Shown: positions 10,397 through 21,183 of the stretch, piece by piece | Layout of the letters: each line of letters begins with the position of its first letter | Position numbering within the stretch: the stretch's first letter is position 1 | IMG/VR virus record: IMGVR_UViG_3300033757_000347 | Direction: 5' to 3' (one strand) | Source of the DNA: a virus | Lineage: Duplodnaviria > Caudoviricetes | Length of the DNA stretch: 64,000 nucleotides | The notes under the pieces: model-generated | Database searches by the model: none | Seen by the model: only the letters and a program-made list of their open reading frames with translations | What the model was told of the DNA's origin: nothing | Made by a program: the position numbers and the translations under genes

Positions 10397-10706
10397 ATTT
10401 TTCTCATTTTTTGTTATTTATTTCAAACCAAATGTAGTCTTGGCAGTATAAATAACCTTGAAATCTACTCAAAATTCTTTCAGATGATCATACTAATTAA
10501 ATCAACCGATCGAGCACACTTACCTAAGCTCGGGTTAGATCATCTGATAATCACAGAAATACGTTGCCTCACTTAATTCAGAAAGCGGGAGACCAAAGTC
10601 AAAATTCACCTCTGAAACACGGTCAAACACTTAGCTGAGAGCAACAGCTATCTAAACTGAGACGGATTTCGAAACTGATTGATACTTAAAAAAATAATTC
10701 AAAAAT

Positions 10707-11423
10707 ATGGAATTGTCAAACCAGATACTCAGCGACATCACAGTATACATGAAGTACGCCAGGTATTCGAACGAGCACAAGAGGAGAGAAACTTGGGAAG
10801 AGCTCGTAACCAGAAACATGGAAATGCACATACGGAAGTACCCAGACCTAGAAGAAGAAATTCGAAAAAATTACCAGCTTGTGTACGATCGAAAGGTTCT
10901 GCCTTCGATGAGGTCGTTGCAGTTCGGTGGAAAACCGATCGAAATATCTCCAAACAGAATTTACAACTGCGCGTACTTGCCGATAGACGATTGGCGAGCG
11001 TTTAGCGAAATAATGTTTCTCCTGTTGGGAGGATGCTTTTCTGAAGATACCGAAATAATAACAGCAGCTGGAAAAAAGCAAATCAAAGATGTAACCGTCA
11101 ACGATAAGGTGTTAACTTTTGATACTGATACTAAAACGTACCAGTACGTAACTCCATTTTGTGTACTTCAAACTCCTTCAGAAAACAAGGATAAATTTGA
11201 ATTAACATTTAGTGATGGCTCAATTGTTAAATGCACAGAAGATCATAAATTCTTAACGAAAAATAGAGGATGGGTAGAAGCTAAGAATTTAGACGAAGAC
11301 GACGAAATTGAAGAGTTTATCGGCCAAGAGGCTAATTTTTTAGAATTTTCTGCAGCTGAAATAGAGAGTGAATACAAACATGTTTTTCAAGCATTATCTA
11401 ATTTGCATCAGCTACTTGGATAA
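10707..11423 (+). CDS. nrdJ: Class II (B12-dependent) ribonucleotide reductase, fragment 1, plus N-half of split intein 1
   Basis: KYAR..RRETWEE, VLPSMRSLQFGG, YNCAY; after LLLGG an intein block A CFSEDT (11034) and block B CTEDHKF. Confidence 0.9.
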   Translation: MELSNQILSDITVYMKYARYSNEHKRRETWEELVTRNMEMHIRKYPDLEEEIRKNYQLVYDRKVLPSMRSLQFGGKPIEISPNRIYNCAYLPIDDWRAFSEIMFLLLGGCFSEDTEIITAAGKKQIKDVTVNDKVLTFDTDTKTYQYVTPFCVLQTPSENKDKFELTFSDGSIVKCTEDHKFLTKNRGWVEAKNLDEDDEIEEFIGQEANFLEFSAAEIESEYKHVFQALSNLHQLLG

Positions 11424-11447
11424 ATAAAAATAAATAATCCAAGAAGA

Positions 11448-12599
11448 ATGAATCGAAACCCAAGATCAAATCAATATTATTTAGATCGCGGTTATGTATT
11501 TAGCGAAGCGGTTAAATTAGCCGAAACGTTTGATGGAACTAATAAAGTAGATGACCACATTCAGAGAATAGTAGGATATGATCGTTGGAAACAAGTTAGA
11601 TACACAAATTGCTCACTAAAAAAGGAAAATCAAATTAAAAAATATGGTCTTTCTGAGTATGAAAAAAGGAAAGCCTCTTTTGCTAAGGCATTAGACCATA
11701 CTAGAGAAAACAGTATCAATACTTGGGTAAATCGTGGATATTCTATACACGAAGCCAAAGCAATTGTTTCTAAAATACAAAGAACTCGGTCTAAGCGATG
11801 TGTTGAATATTGGACAATAAAAGGGTATACCATTAATGAAGCAGTTTTGATGGTAAGCGAAAGTCAATCCATAACTAGTAAAAAGAGCTTCTTGACTCGA
11901 TACGGTGATGAGGTAGGCTCCATTAAATACGTCAATTACATTAAAAAACTTAAAGAAGTTTCACAATTTGGAATCAGCTATTGGCTAAATAAACATGACG
12001 GCAACTCGGATAAAGCAATCGAATCTTTATTTCAATATCAAAGCAAAAATGGATTCAGTCAACGGGGTTCCAAAAAATATTGGCTGAGTTTAGGATATGA
12101 TGATGAATCTGCTGAACAAGCAAGTTTACATTTTTCAAGGAAACGGTCATCCTGGTGTTATGAGTATTGGTTAGATAAGGGCTTTTTGTACAACGAAGCA
12201 ATTGACATAGTCAAGAATATTCAATCAAAAAATGCTAGACTTCGAAAATTTCTTAATTTTTCTAAACTGGAAAAAGAAGTAATATCCGAATTACGAGAAA
12301 TGCATCCAACTTTAACATTTTTAGAAAATGAAATTGTAATTGATAACGGGGCTAGAATATTTCCAGATATTGTAATTAAAGAGTTAAATACCGTTATTGA
12401 AGTGTATGGAGATTTTTGGCATGCAAATCCAAGACAATACAAAACTGACCAATACATGCACTCGGGAATGCTAGCAAAAGAGATATGGGAAAAAGATAAA
12501 GTTCGACTTGACCTCTTAAAAAAATCGTACGATAATATCATCGTACTTTGGGAAAGTGACATTAAAAAAAATGGAATAGCTAGTGTTAAAATTAATTAA
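11448..12599 (+). mobile_element. Free-standing endonuclease (Vsr/DUF559-like PD-(D/E)xK) between the split-intein halves
   Basis: FPDIVI, IEVYGDFWH, VLWESD; AT-rich; repeated YW..KGY units; ATAAATA upstream. Confidence 0.75.
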
Positions 12600-13611
12600 A
12601 AAAGTAAGAATTGAAGAAAAAGTAAGATATTGGGATATGTCTATTCCCAAAACTCATAATTATGTTTTGGGTAATGGTGCAGTTGTTCATAATACGGGAG
12701 TAGGATTTAGCGTTCAAAAGCACCACGTTGAAAACTTGCCAGAAATCACAAAGCCTAATCACAACCGGCGTAGAAGGTTTCTGATAGGCGATAGCATCGA
12801 GGGTTGGGCAGATTCTATAAAAGTTCTGATGAAGTCTTACTTCTTCGGTGGGTCGGCTATCGATTTTGATTTCAGAGACATTCGGCCTAAGGGCGCTAGG
12901 CTGGTAACTTCCGGTGGAAAAGCTCCAGGACCTCAACCTCTAAAAGAGTGCTTGGTAAAGATCGAAGGTTTACTATCTCAGAAAGAGAATGGCGACAAGC
13001 TGAAACCTATCGAAGTTCACGATATCGTCTGCTACATAGCTGACGCTGTTCTAGCCGGAGGAATTCGCAGAGCTGCTCTTATCAGCTTGTTCAGCGCGGA
13101 CGACGACGAGATGATTTCTGCCAAGACCGGCTCGTGGTGGGAACTTAACCCACAGAGAGGTAGAGCTAACAATTCTGCGGTTCTTCTTCGCAACATAATA
13201 ACCAGAGAATTTTTCATGGACATGTGGGCAAAGATAGAAGCGTCGGGTTCGGGAGAACCTGGAATATATTTTAGCAACGACAAAGATTGGGGGACTAACC
13301 CATGCTGCTTGAGCGGAGATACTCTCATTCAAACCAAGAACGGAGAGATACCGATCAGAGAATTAGTAAATCTTCATAAAAAAACCGGATCCTGCCCAAA
13401 GGTCTGGACGTATGATGAAAAAACCGCAACTCGAGAGCTCATGTCTATAGAAGCTGCTGATTTAACCAGACAAAACGCCGAACTCATAAAGCTCGAGTTG
13501 GAAAATGGATCGATCATAAAATTGACTCCAGATCACCAAGTGTACACCAAAAACAGAGGTTACGTTGAGGCTGCTAAACTTACGGAGGACGATGAACTAT
13601 TAATGTGGTAG
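12583..13611 (+). CDS. nrdJ: nrdJ fragment 2: C-half of intein 1, RNR core, N-half of intein 2
   Basis: ...HNYVLGNGAVVHN|TGVGFS (12694); GGIRRAALI; WGTNPC|CLSGDT (13306)...TPDHQVYT. Confidence 0.92.
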   Translation: MLKLIKKVRIEEKVRYWDMSIPKTHNYVLGNGAVVHNTGVGFSVQKHHVENLPEITKPNHNRRRRFLIGDSIEGWADSIKVLMKSYFFGGSAIDFDFRDIRPKGARLVTSGGKAPGPQPLKECLVKIEGLLSQKENGDKLKPIEVHDIVCYIADAVLAGGIRRAALISLFSADDDEMISAKTGSWWELNPQRGRANNSAVLLRNIITREFFMDMWAKIEASGSGEPGIYFSNDKDWGTNPCCLSGDTLIQTKNGEIPIRELVNLHKKTGSCPKVWTYDEKTATRELMSIEAADLTRQNAELIKLELENGSIIKLTPDHQVYTKNRGYVEAAKLTEDDELLMW

Positions 13612-13646
13612 ACCCGTATAAATAAAATAAACACACGGGTTCAATC

Positions 13647-14480
13647 ATGAAAATGTCCAACGTAACGGAGATTTTGTCTCTTTCAAAAAAGGAATTGCGA
13701 TCAAAGATAGAAAGAGATGGGTTTATGAATGAATATTTAGACTTCAGAAAAACTCAAGTATCTAAGTTTTCTGTAGTTTATAAAGAGTTCATGATAAAAA
13801 AATACGTTACTGTTGAACAGATACAGTGGCTAACTAAAAAGTACAATGATGGTCATGGTCTTAAATCAATCGCCAGCGAATTACAATCGTCATATACTTT
13901 AATTAGACAACTTTTTAAGTATCTGAACATCCCAATCAGACACGGATATAACGTCGTGACTGGCGAGTTACGCACTAAAAGAGCTAACAAGTGTCAGATG
14001 GAAATGAATACTAAAACTGGATGGTTTTCAGACACAGTGAGACAAAATATAGCAATAAAAAATAAAACCAATCGCGGGGTTCAGGGATGGTATTTCAATC
14101 GGTCTATGGATAAGTGGGTATGGTTGCGAAGTACGTATGAGTACATATACGCCAAATGGTTGGACCGAACTCATCAAGTATGGGATACAGAAGTAAAAAA
14201 ATACACGTTATCAAATGGAAAAGAGTATAGACCTGACTTCTTTATTTACGAAAACGGTGAAATATCGAAGATACTTGAAGTAAAAGGATTCTTTGATCCT
14301 CTCGCGTATAAAGCAGAATTATTGAATTCTGATATAAACGTATCTGTGATTTTGCTGAACTTTACAAATTCATCAATATCAACGTACTGCGAATCTGGAT
14401 CGAATTACATATCCGAATTGAAAGAATGGAAAAAAATACGAAAGATAAATGAAAATAAAAAGAATAACTGTGGAAGTTAA
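13647..14480 (+). mobile_element. Free-standing endonuclease (TnsA-N-like PD-(D/E)xK) between the split-intein halves
   Basis: LRSTYE, YRPDF, LEVKG; AT-rich; TATAAATA upstream. Confidence 0.75.
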
Positions 14481-15531
14481 CGAGGATGTTTATGATATTC
14501 AAGTTGAAAAAAATCATAACTTCTTTGCTAACAATATATTAGTGCATAATTGCGAAATTTCCCTAAGACCTTTTCAGTTCTGCAACCTTTGCGAGGTCAA
14601 TGCTTCTGACGTTGAATCGCAGGAAGACTTGAACTCTCGCGTAAAAGCAGCGGCCTTCATCGGAACTCTTCAAGCTGGGTACACCGAGTTTCATTACCTT
14701 AGAACAAACTGGCAGAGAACCACGGAAAAGGAAGCTCTCATCGGAGTTGGTATGACCGGCATCGGGTCGGGCGCTGCTCAAAAATTTGATCTAGCTGAAG
14801 CTGCTAACGAGGTAAAGGCAGAAAACGAGAGAGTAGCTAAGATGATTGGTATAAATTCCGCGGCAAGGTGCACTACCATAAAACCCAGCGGAACTTCGAG
14901 CCTCGTTCTTGGAACTTCGTCCGGCATACACGCTTGGCACAACCCTTACTACATTCGCAGGATAAGAGTTGGCAAGAATGAATCGATCTACACTCACCTG
15001 TCAATCTATCACCCAGAACTCCTCGAAGATGATTTCTTTAGGCCTCACGATACGGCTATCATATCCGTTCCGCAGAAAGCGCCGGAAGGTTCGGTCTTTA
15101 GAACCGAAACAGCTATAGAGTTGCTGGAAAGAATCAAGCGGTTCTACAGCGATTGGATAAAACCTGGACACAGGTCTGGGCAGAACACTCACAACATATC
15201 TGCAACCGTTTCGATCGACAAGAATCGTCGCTACGTTTACAAGTGGAAGCACAAGCTCGAACTGACGGACGATCCAAACGGAGTGGACGAGTGGCAAGCA
15301 GTTGGAAACTGGATGTGGGAAAACCGCAAGTTTTACAACGGAATAGCAGTCCTGCCTTACGATGGAGGGACTTACGTCCAGCCTCCTTTCGAGGATTGCA
15401 CTGAGGAAAAGTATCACGAAATGATGGATCACCTGTCTAAAGTTGACCTCACAAAAGTGGTAGAAATGGAAGACTTGACCGACCTCAAAGGCGAACTCGC
15501 CTGTGTAGGTAATTCTTGTACAGTAGTTTAG
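14449..15531 (+). CDS. nrdJ: nrdJ fragment 3: C-half of intein 2 plus RNR C-terminus
   Basis: VYDIQVEKNHNFFANNILVHN|CEISLRPFQFCNL; TTIKPSGT; C-terminal ACVGNSC. Confidence 0.92.
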   Translation: MKIKRITVEVNEDVYDIQVEKNHNFFANNILVHNCEISLRPFQFCNLCEVNASDVESQEDLNSRVKAAAFIGTLQAGYTEFHYLRTNWQRTTEKEALIGVGMTGIGSGAAQKFDLAEAANEVKAENERVAKMIGINSAARCTTIKPSGTSSLVLGTSSGIHAWHNPYYIRRIRVGKNESIYTHLSIYHPELLEDDFFRPHDTAIISVPQKAPEGSVFRTETAIELLERIKRFYSDWIKPGHRSGQNTHNISATVSIDKNRRYVYKWKHKLELTDDPNGVDEWQAVGNWMWENRKFYNGIAVLPYDGGTYVQPPFEDCTEEKYHEMMDHLSKVDLTKVVEMEDLTDLKGELACVGNSCTVV

Positions 15532-15584
15532 TTATTACTTATTTTCGCAAGCGTTGCCGTGATAAATACAATAAAATCACGGCA

Positions 15585-16334
15585 ATGTTTGTTTATAGAG
15601 TTACGAATTTGATAAATGGTAAAATTTATGTAGGCAAAAGTAAAAATAACGATCCAAAGTATTTTGGGTCAGGCCCATTAATTAAAAACGCGATTCTAAA
15701 ATACGGACTAGAAAATTTTCGCAAAGATATTCTTTGTGAGTGCAATACTCTATCTGACTTAAATGAACGAGAAGTTTTTTGGATAGAAAAATTAAATACA
15801 ACAAATAGAGCAGTTGGTTACAATTTGACTAAGGGAGGAGACGGTGGAGATACTTTTTCCAGTAGATCGATTATTTCTCAAAATATCACAAGAGAAAAAT
15901 TAAAAGAAAAAAACACTAACCTGACTGAATTAACTAAAGAAAAACACCGTCAAAATACAAAAAAATTATGGAAAAATTCTGATTTTAGAGAAAAAGTTCT
16001 TTCCAAGAAAAAAGAAGTAGAGAGTACGACCGAATATAAAGAAAAATTTTCTAAGAGAATGAAAGAAGTTTTTTCAACTGAAGAAAATCGACGCAAGCGA
16101 AGCGTAAATTCAAAAGGACCTAATAATTCGAGATGGCTTGGATACGCAGATTTATATGATAGGGATTCAAACTTAATTAAAAGATTTGAAAGTTTGAAAC
16201 ATCTTTTTTCAGAATACAAAATATCCTATCAAACCCGTATGAATTTAAAGAGTCACAATTCTGCTATTATTGAAAATTCACAAAAACGAAAATATCCATA
16301 CGCTGGTTATACTATTAAAATCACTAAATTCTAA
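15585..16334 (+). mobile_element. GIY-YIG homing endonuclease
   Basis: VYRVTNLINGKIYVG, YFGSG, GYNLTKGGDGG. Confidence 0.85.
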
Positions 16335-16381
16335 AACCAGAATGCTTTTCTGTGTATAAATTACCAAAATAACAAAGACAA

Positions 16382-16558
16382 ATGAAGAAGATTCTTTACC
16401 TGTTTGGCATCGTTTTAGTTCTTACTTTGGCAAGCTGCTCGTTCTTCGGATCGAAGGAAGCTCCAGAGAGTGCTGACACTACTGCAGTTCAGGTTGACAG
16501 CGTTGCTGTTGATAGCGCTGCTAATGCCGACACAACGAAGATCATGGTAACTCCGTAA
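16382..16558 (+). CDS. Small Bacteroidetes-type lipoprotein
   Basis: MKKILYLFGIVLVLTLASC followed by DTTAVQVDSVAVDS. Confidence 0.7.
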   Translation: MKKILYLFGIVLVLTLASCSFFGSKEAPESADTTAVQVDSVAVDSAANADTTKIMVTP

Positions 16559-16579
16559 GGTTTTACGTGAACAATGATG

Positions 16580-16615
16580 AAAAAAGGGGACCAAATGGCC
16601 CCTTTTTTCGTTTTT
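16580..16615 (+). terminator. Intrinsic terminator
   Basis: AAAAAAGGGG..CCCCTTTTTT hairpin plus T-tract. Confidence 0.7.
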
Positions 16616-16670
16616 ACCATAAACTTCTAGAGCTCTCGTAGTAATAGAAACTCAAATAAAAATTGCCTAT

Positions 16671-17411
16671 ATGATCGAAAAGGATTTTGAGTGGGGCCAA
16701 GCGAACGCTTGGTTCAAAGACACGATCGGCCAAGAGATATTCCAGAACCGAATTTACGAAAAACTGTACCCAGTGGAAGACGGAGACATAGTCGTTGACG
16801 TCGGTGCTAGCATAGGTCCATTCATGTACTCGTTGATGGGTAAAAAAGTAAAGCACATGTACTGCATTGAGCCAAGTCCCCAGGAATTCGAGACGCTTCA
16901 GATCAATGCTAAGAACATGAACTTTCCAGTAACCTGCTTGAACAAGGGAATCGGAGCAACTACCGGAACCGCCGAGATGGAGCTTTGGGGAACGTACAAG
17001 GACCAAGGACCTCAGCAGTTCGAGGTCGGAGAAGCTCCGTCAATATCGTTCAAAGATTTTTTGAAGAAGAACAAGATCGATCACATCGATTTTCTCAAAA
17101 CTGACTGCGAAGGAGGAGAGTACGACATCTTCAACATCGAAAACTTTTCCTGGATTCATGCTAACGTTAGAAAGATCGTTGGCGAGTGGCACCTTCAGAC
17201 TCCAAAGATGGTCCAGCAGTTCGTCAAGTTCAAGGACCTGTACTTGAGAACTTTTGATAAGTTTGAGGTCCATTCGGTCGATGGGTTCAACGTGACTCAG
17301 CACCTTCACGGAGATTGGTTCATCAGCTATTTCAAACAGGTCATAATTCACATAGACAATTCAGACAAAGTAACATTTGCACATGGCACCACAGGCACAA
17401 CATCAAATTAG
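16671..17411 (+). CDS. FkbM-family methyltransferase
   Basis: VVDVGASIG, IEPSP, IDFLKTDCEGGE. Confidence 0.85.
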   Translation: MIEKDFEWGQANAWFKDTIGQEIFQNRIYEKLYPVEDGDIVVDVGASIGPFMYSLMGKKVKHMYCIEPSPQEFETLQINAKNMNFPVTCLNKGIGATTGTAEMELWGTYKDQGPQQFEVGEAPSISFKDFLKKNKIDHIDFLKTDCEGGEYDIFNIENFSWIHANVRKIVGEWHLQTPKMVQQFVKFKDLYLRTFDKFEVHSVDGFNVTQHLHGDWFISYFKQVIIHIDNSDKVTFAHGTTGTTSN

Positions 17412-17649
17412 GATAGGCTTGGAAAATTCCACAGCTATCGTTTGCGACTCTTGCAAAAACGACACATTCGTCGAAGTTAATTACTTGCGTCGCGTTTCAA
17501 AATTACTAACCGGAGCTCCGCAGGACATGGTGATGAACGTTCCGGCTTTCGCTTGCTCAAAGTGCGGTCACGTCAACGAGCAGTTCAGGATGCCAGAAGA
17601 AAAGAAACAGGAAGAAAAACCTGCTAGCCCGATAATAAGTCTACCTTGA
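17383..17649 (+). CDS. Zn-ribbon hypothetical protein
   Basis: CDSC...CSKC. Confidence 0.65.
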   Translation: MAPQAQHQIRIGLENSTAIVCDSCKNDTFVEVNYLRRVSKLLTGAPQDMVMNVPAFACSKCGHVNEQFRMPEEKKQEEKPASPIISLP

Positions 17650-17690
17650 TAAGATTCACGGTTATCTCTGATAAATAAAAATAAACGGAG

Positions 17691-18371
17691 ATGATTATTT
17701 ACAAAACAACAAATCTTATTAATGGAAAATTTTACGTAGGTTTAGACACTAAAAATGATCCAAGTTATTTAGGGTCAGGTCTTCTTTTGAAAAAAGCAAT
17801 ACGGAGATATGGGCAAGAACAGTTTAGAAAGGAAATTTTAGAAGAATGCAAGACGGTAGAAGAATTAAGAGACCGCGAAATTTTTTGGATAAACAAGTTA
17901 TCTGCTCAAAACCCAAATGTTGGATATAATGTAGCAGATGGAGGGTTGGGCGGAGATACTTTTACAAATAACCCAAATAAAAGTCAAATTCGTAAAAAAC
18001 TAAGGAAAAATCACAGTGCTGAAACTAAAGAAAAAATTTCAAAAAACAATTGGAATTCAAAAACTAAAGGAGAAGGGCACTTTAAAACAGGAACAAAATG
18101 GACACCTGAACAAAGAGAAAAAATGATTAGGTTTTTTGAAGAGACAGGCGGCCCATTTAAAGGAAAAACTCATTCACTTGAATCAAAAGAAATCAATCGA
18201 AAAGCTCACTTAGGAACAGTAATGTCTAACGAAAGCAAACAAAAAATAGGATTTGCAAATAGAGGAACGATTCATAAAATCATAGAATGTCCATACTGCG
18301 GTAAAGCCGGCGGAAAACCGGCTATGGAACGTTGGCACTTTAAAAATTGTAAAAAATACAAAGATGAGTAA
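17691..18371 (+). mobile_element. GIY-YIG homing endonuclease with NUMOD3 repeats
   Basis: IYKTTNLINGKFYVG, YLGSG, HSAETKEKIS. Confidence 0.85.
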
Positions 18372-19068
18372 AATTCGCATAACTGTGATTAGCGATACTC
18401 ACACGAAGCACAAAGTTCTGAACACCATCCTCCCAGGTGGTGATCTGCTTATTCATGCAGGAGATCTTAGTTCAAGAGGGTACTCGCACGAAGTGCAAAA
18501 CTTTTGCAAGTGGTTCGATTCGATCAACAACTACGATCACAAGATCTTCATTGCTGGTAATCACGACTTTCTTTTTGAAAACCACCCAGACGAGGCAGCT
18601 CAAATAGTTAACTCTTACAAGTGGATCACCTACCTTCAGGATTCGTTCGTGTCAATCGGAGAAGATCCTGACGCTCTTGTCAAAGTGTACGGAAGTCCGT
18701 GGCAACCTGAATTTTACAATTGGGCTTTTAACCTTCCTAGAAAAGGAGAAGAACTAGCTAAGGTTTGGAACGACGTGCCAGACGATGTTGACATACTGAT
18801 CACTCACGGACCGTCGCACGGAACCTTAGACCAAGTAAAGGGCTGGTCAGATCAACTGGGTTGCGAACTCTTAGCAGCTAGGTTAGCTGTCATAAAACCA
18901 AAGATCCACGTGTGCGGTCACATTCACAGTGGGTACGGTTACGTGTTCGACGGATCGACTCATTACTTTAATGCATCGGTCCTAAACGAAAGGTACGAGT
19001 ACGAGTACGCACCAAAGACTTTCGATTGGGATCCGAAAACGAACGCTATAACTTTTGTAGAAAAATAA
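18364..19068 (+). CDS. Metallophosphoesterase (calcineurin-like)
   Basis: SDTH, HAGD, GNHD, THGP, GHIH. Confidence 0.9.
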   Translation: MSKIRITVISDTHTKHKVLNTILPGGDLLIHAGDLSSRGYSHEVQNFCKWFDSINNYDHKIFIAGNHDFLFENHPDEAAQIVNSYKWITYLQDSFVSIGEDPDALVKVYGSPWQPEFYNWAFNLPRKGEELAKVWNDVPDDVDILITHGPSHGTLDQVKGWSDQLGCELLAARLAVIKPKIHVCGHIHSGYGYVFDGSTHYFNASVLNERYEYEYAPKTFDWDPKTNAITFVEK

Positions 19069-19077
19069 ACAATCGCA

Positions 19078-19920
19078 ATGCTAAACGTAAAGTACGATAG
19101 GCTTAAAAACGAAACGATCGTTGAGCTGCAAAGGTTTACGATGTTTAAACCGGAAGAACTTCCGTTAATCGCAGAATTCAGAAAATCGATAGACGGAGTT
19201 CTATCTTGGATGTCGCCTGTTCCTGAAGGAACTTGGGCATCGTGGAAGGGCGGAGAAACCCTGTACGATGTATTCATCAACACTGCTCAGGGAAAAAGAG
19301 TCATGCACTGGAAGTTCGACGTTAGAGAACACGGAGACCAGCTGGAAAAAACTTTCTACCATTTCATCAAGAACCTTCCTTACCGATCTAAAGGCTTGGT
19401 ACTAGGTTCACACGATGGAACCTTCGGCCACTGGGTATTTCCGGTGTTCAACGACGAAGCAGACGTAGTCATAGTGGACGGAAGCGAGAAACAGTTCGAA
19501 GCGGTAAAGAAAAATTACGCCCACCTGTCAAACGCGAAATTCGTCAACGAGATTGTCACGACGGACGGAGCTGACGTTGATTGGCTGCAGGGCGGCGAGG
19601 GTTTCACAGACACAGTAAGAAAGGACGTTATCGCTCACTTCATTGAGGATGACAAGATAAAGCACACGCAGAGATCCTCAATCGCTATCAACGATCTCAT
19701 CGAGCAGAACGGCGGGTACTTTGATTGGATTCACTTTGACGTGGAAGGGTTGGATGCAGACCTCATACTTTCCCTGAAGTACGAACCTCTCCTGATGATC
19801 TTTGAAACTATGCACATTCCGTCCACTCAGTACTCTGAACTATTGGATTGGATGCAGGAACACAATTACAAATTATTCAACGATGGCTCTAACGCGATCG
19901 CGATAAAAAAAATAAACTGA
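19078..19920 (+). CDS. FkbM-like methyltransferase
   Basis: LGSHDG, IHFDVEGLD. Confidence 0.6.
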   Translation: MLNVKYDRLKNETIVELQRFTMFKPEELPLIAEFRKSIDGVLSWMSPVPEGTWASWKGGETLYDVFINTAQGKRVMHWKFDVREHGDQLEKTFYHFIKNLPYRSKGLVLGSHDGTFGHWVFPVFNDEADVVIVDGSEKQFEAVKKNYAHLSNAKFVNEIVTTDGADVDWLQGGEGFTDTVRKDVIAHFIEDDKIKHTQRSSIAINDLIEQNGGYFDWIHFDVEGLDADLILSLKYEPLLMIFETMHIPSTQYSELLDWMQEHNYKLFNDGSNAIAIKKIN

Positions 19921-19922
19921 CA

Positions 19923-20579
19923 ATGGCAGTTGGAGTTTACAAAGTAACCGAAGAATTTGAAAAAGCGTTAGCTGATTACACAGGCGCACCGTACGCGGTG
20001 ACGGTTGACAATATGTCCAACGCTCTGTTCTTAGCTCTCTATTACGAAAAAGTAAAGGGAATGGAAATAACTATTCCTGCCAGAACTTACCCATCGGTTC
20101 CGTGCGAGATCATTCACGCTGGAGCTATGGTGAAGTTCGAACCTGTCGAAGGTACCAAACTGAAGGGAATGTACCAGCTGAAACCTACTAACGTTTGGGA
20201 TTCAGCGCTTCGATTTACAGCAGACATGTACGTTCCAGGACAGCACATCTGCATCTCGTTCACTGGACCGTACAAACACTTTAAACTGTCAAAAGGTGGA
20301 GCCATCCTAACCGATAGTTTAGAAGCGTATCACTGGTTCAAGCGAGCTAGGTTTTCCGGTAGAAGAGAAACATCGTACCACGATGATTACTTTGACATGC
20401 TTGGCTGGAACTTTTACATGATGCCGGAATTAGCAGCCAGAGGTCTTCTTCTCATACAGCAATTCTACAACATGGACGGGTCGAAGAAGAGTAATCCTGA
20501 CTTGGAGCTTCCGTACCCCGATCTTTCTAAGTTCGAAGTGTACACCAATGCTAACAGAGATCAGCATGAAAGAACCTAA
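19923..20579 (+). CDS. DegT/DnrJ/EryC1/StrS-family sugar aminotransferase (short form)
   Basis: FEKALADYTGAPYAV, DSA, SFTGPYKH, GGAILT, GWNFYM. Confidence 0.8.
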   Translation: MAVGVYKVTEEFEKALADYTGAPYAVTVDNMSNALFLALYYEKVKGMEITIPARTYPSVPCEIIHAGAMVKFEPVEGTKLKGMYQLKPTNVWDSALRFTADMYVPGQHICISFTGPYKHFKLSKGGAILTDSLEAYHWFKRARFSGRRETSYHDDYFDMLGWNFYMMPELAARGLLLIQQFYNMDGSKKSNPDLELPYPDLSKFEVYTNANRDQHERT

Positions 20580-21183
20580 AAAAATAGCTTTATTCGGGTA
20601 TGGTGGTCATGCCAGAGAAGTTGCTGCCCAGATAGGACAGCCTGTAACTTTTTTTGTCGACCAAAAGTACGCTAGAGGTAATATACTGTCGATCGATGAT
20701 TTCGATCCATCCGAGTACGTGATGATGATATGCGTGGCTGAACCGATCGATAGAGAATCTATCGAAGCTAGGCTACCTAAGGAAACCACCTACTTTACTT
20801 TCGTGCACCGTACCGCTCTGATCATGGACCCTGACCTGGTTAGCATAGGTCCCGGCTCGTTTGTTGGAGCTTACTCGATAATAACTACGAACGTTCAGAT
20901 AGGAAAGCACGCTATCTTAAATCGAGCAGTGCACATCGGTCACGATACGAGAATAGGGGACTTTTTCAGCGCAATGCCTGGATCTATAGTGTCTGGCACG
21001 TGCAACCTCGGAGATCGGGTGTACTTGGGAACAAATTCGTCAGTACGGGAAAAGTCCAAAATCGACAGTGACGTTACTCTCGGAATGAATTCGTGCTTGG
21101 TCGAAAAAGAATACGTTACTCCAGGAATATACGTTGGGGTTCCTGCAAAAATATTAAAGTTGAAGAATGATAGAACTGCCTAA
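20566..21183 (+). CDS. PglD/NeuD-family sugar acetyltransferase
   Basis: GYGGHAREV, hexapeptide repeats, IGHD, GVPAK. Confidence 0.85.
   Translation: MKEPKKIALFGYGGHAREVAAQIGQPVTFFVDQKYARGNILSIDDFDPSEYVMMICVAEPIDRESIEARLPKETTYFTFVHRTALIMDPDLVSIGPGSFVGAYSIITTNVQIGKHAILNRAVHIGHDTRIGDFFSAMPGSIVSGTCNLGDRVYLGTNSSVREKSKIDSDVTLGMNSCLVEKEYVTPGIYVGVPAKILKLKNDRTA

Noticed and set aside
10707-15531. Group I introns interrupting nrdJ
   Set aside because: The breaks fall inside intein halves with their own stops and starts, and the gaps are filled by endonuclease ORFs with no room for intron core helices
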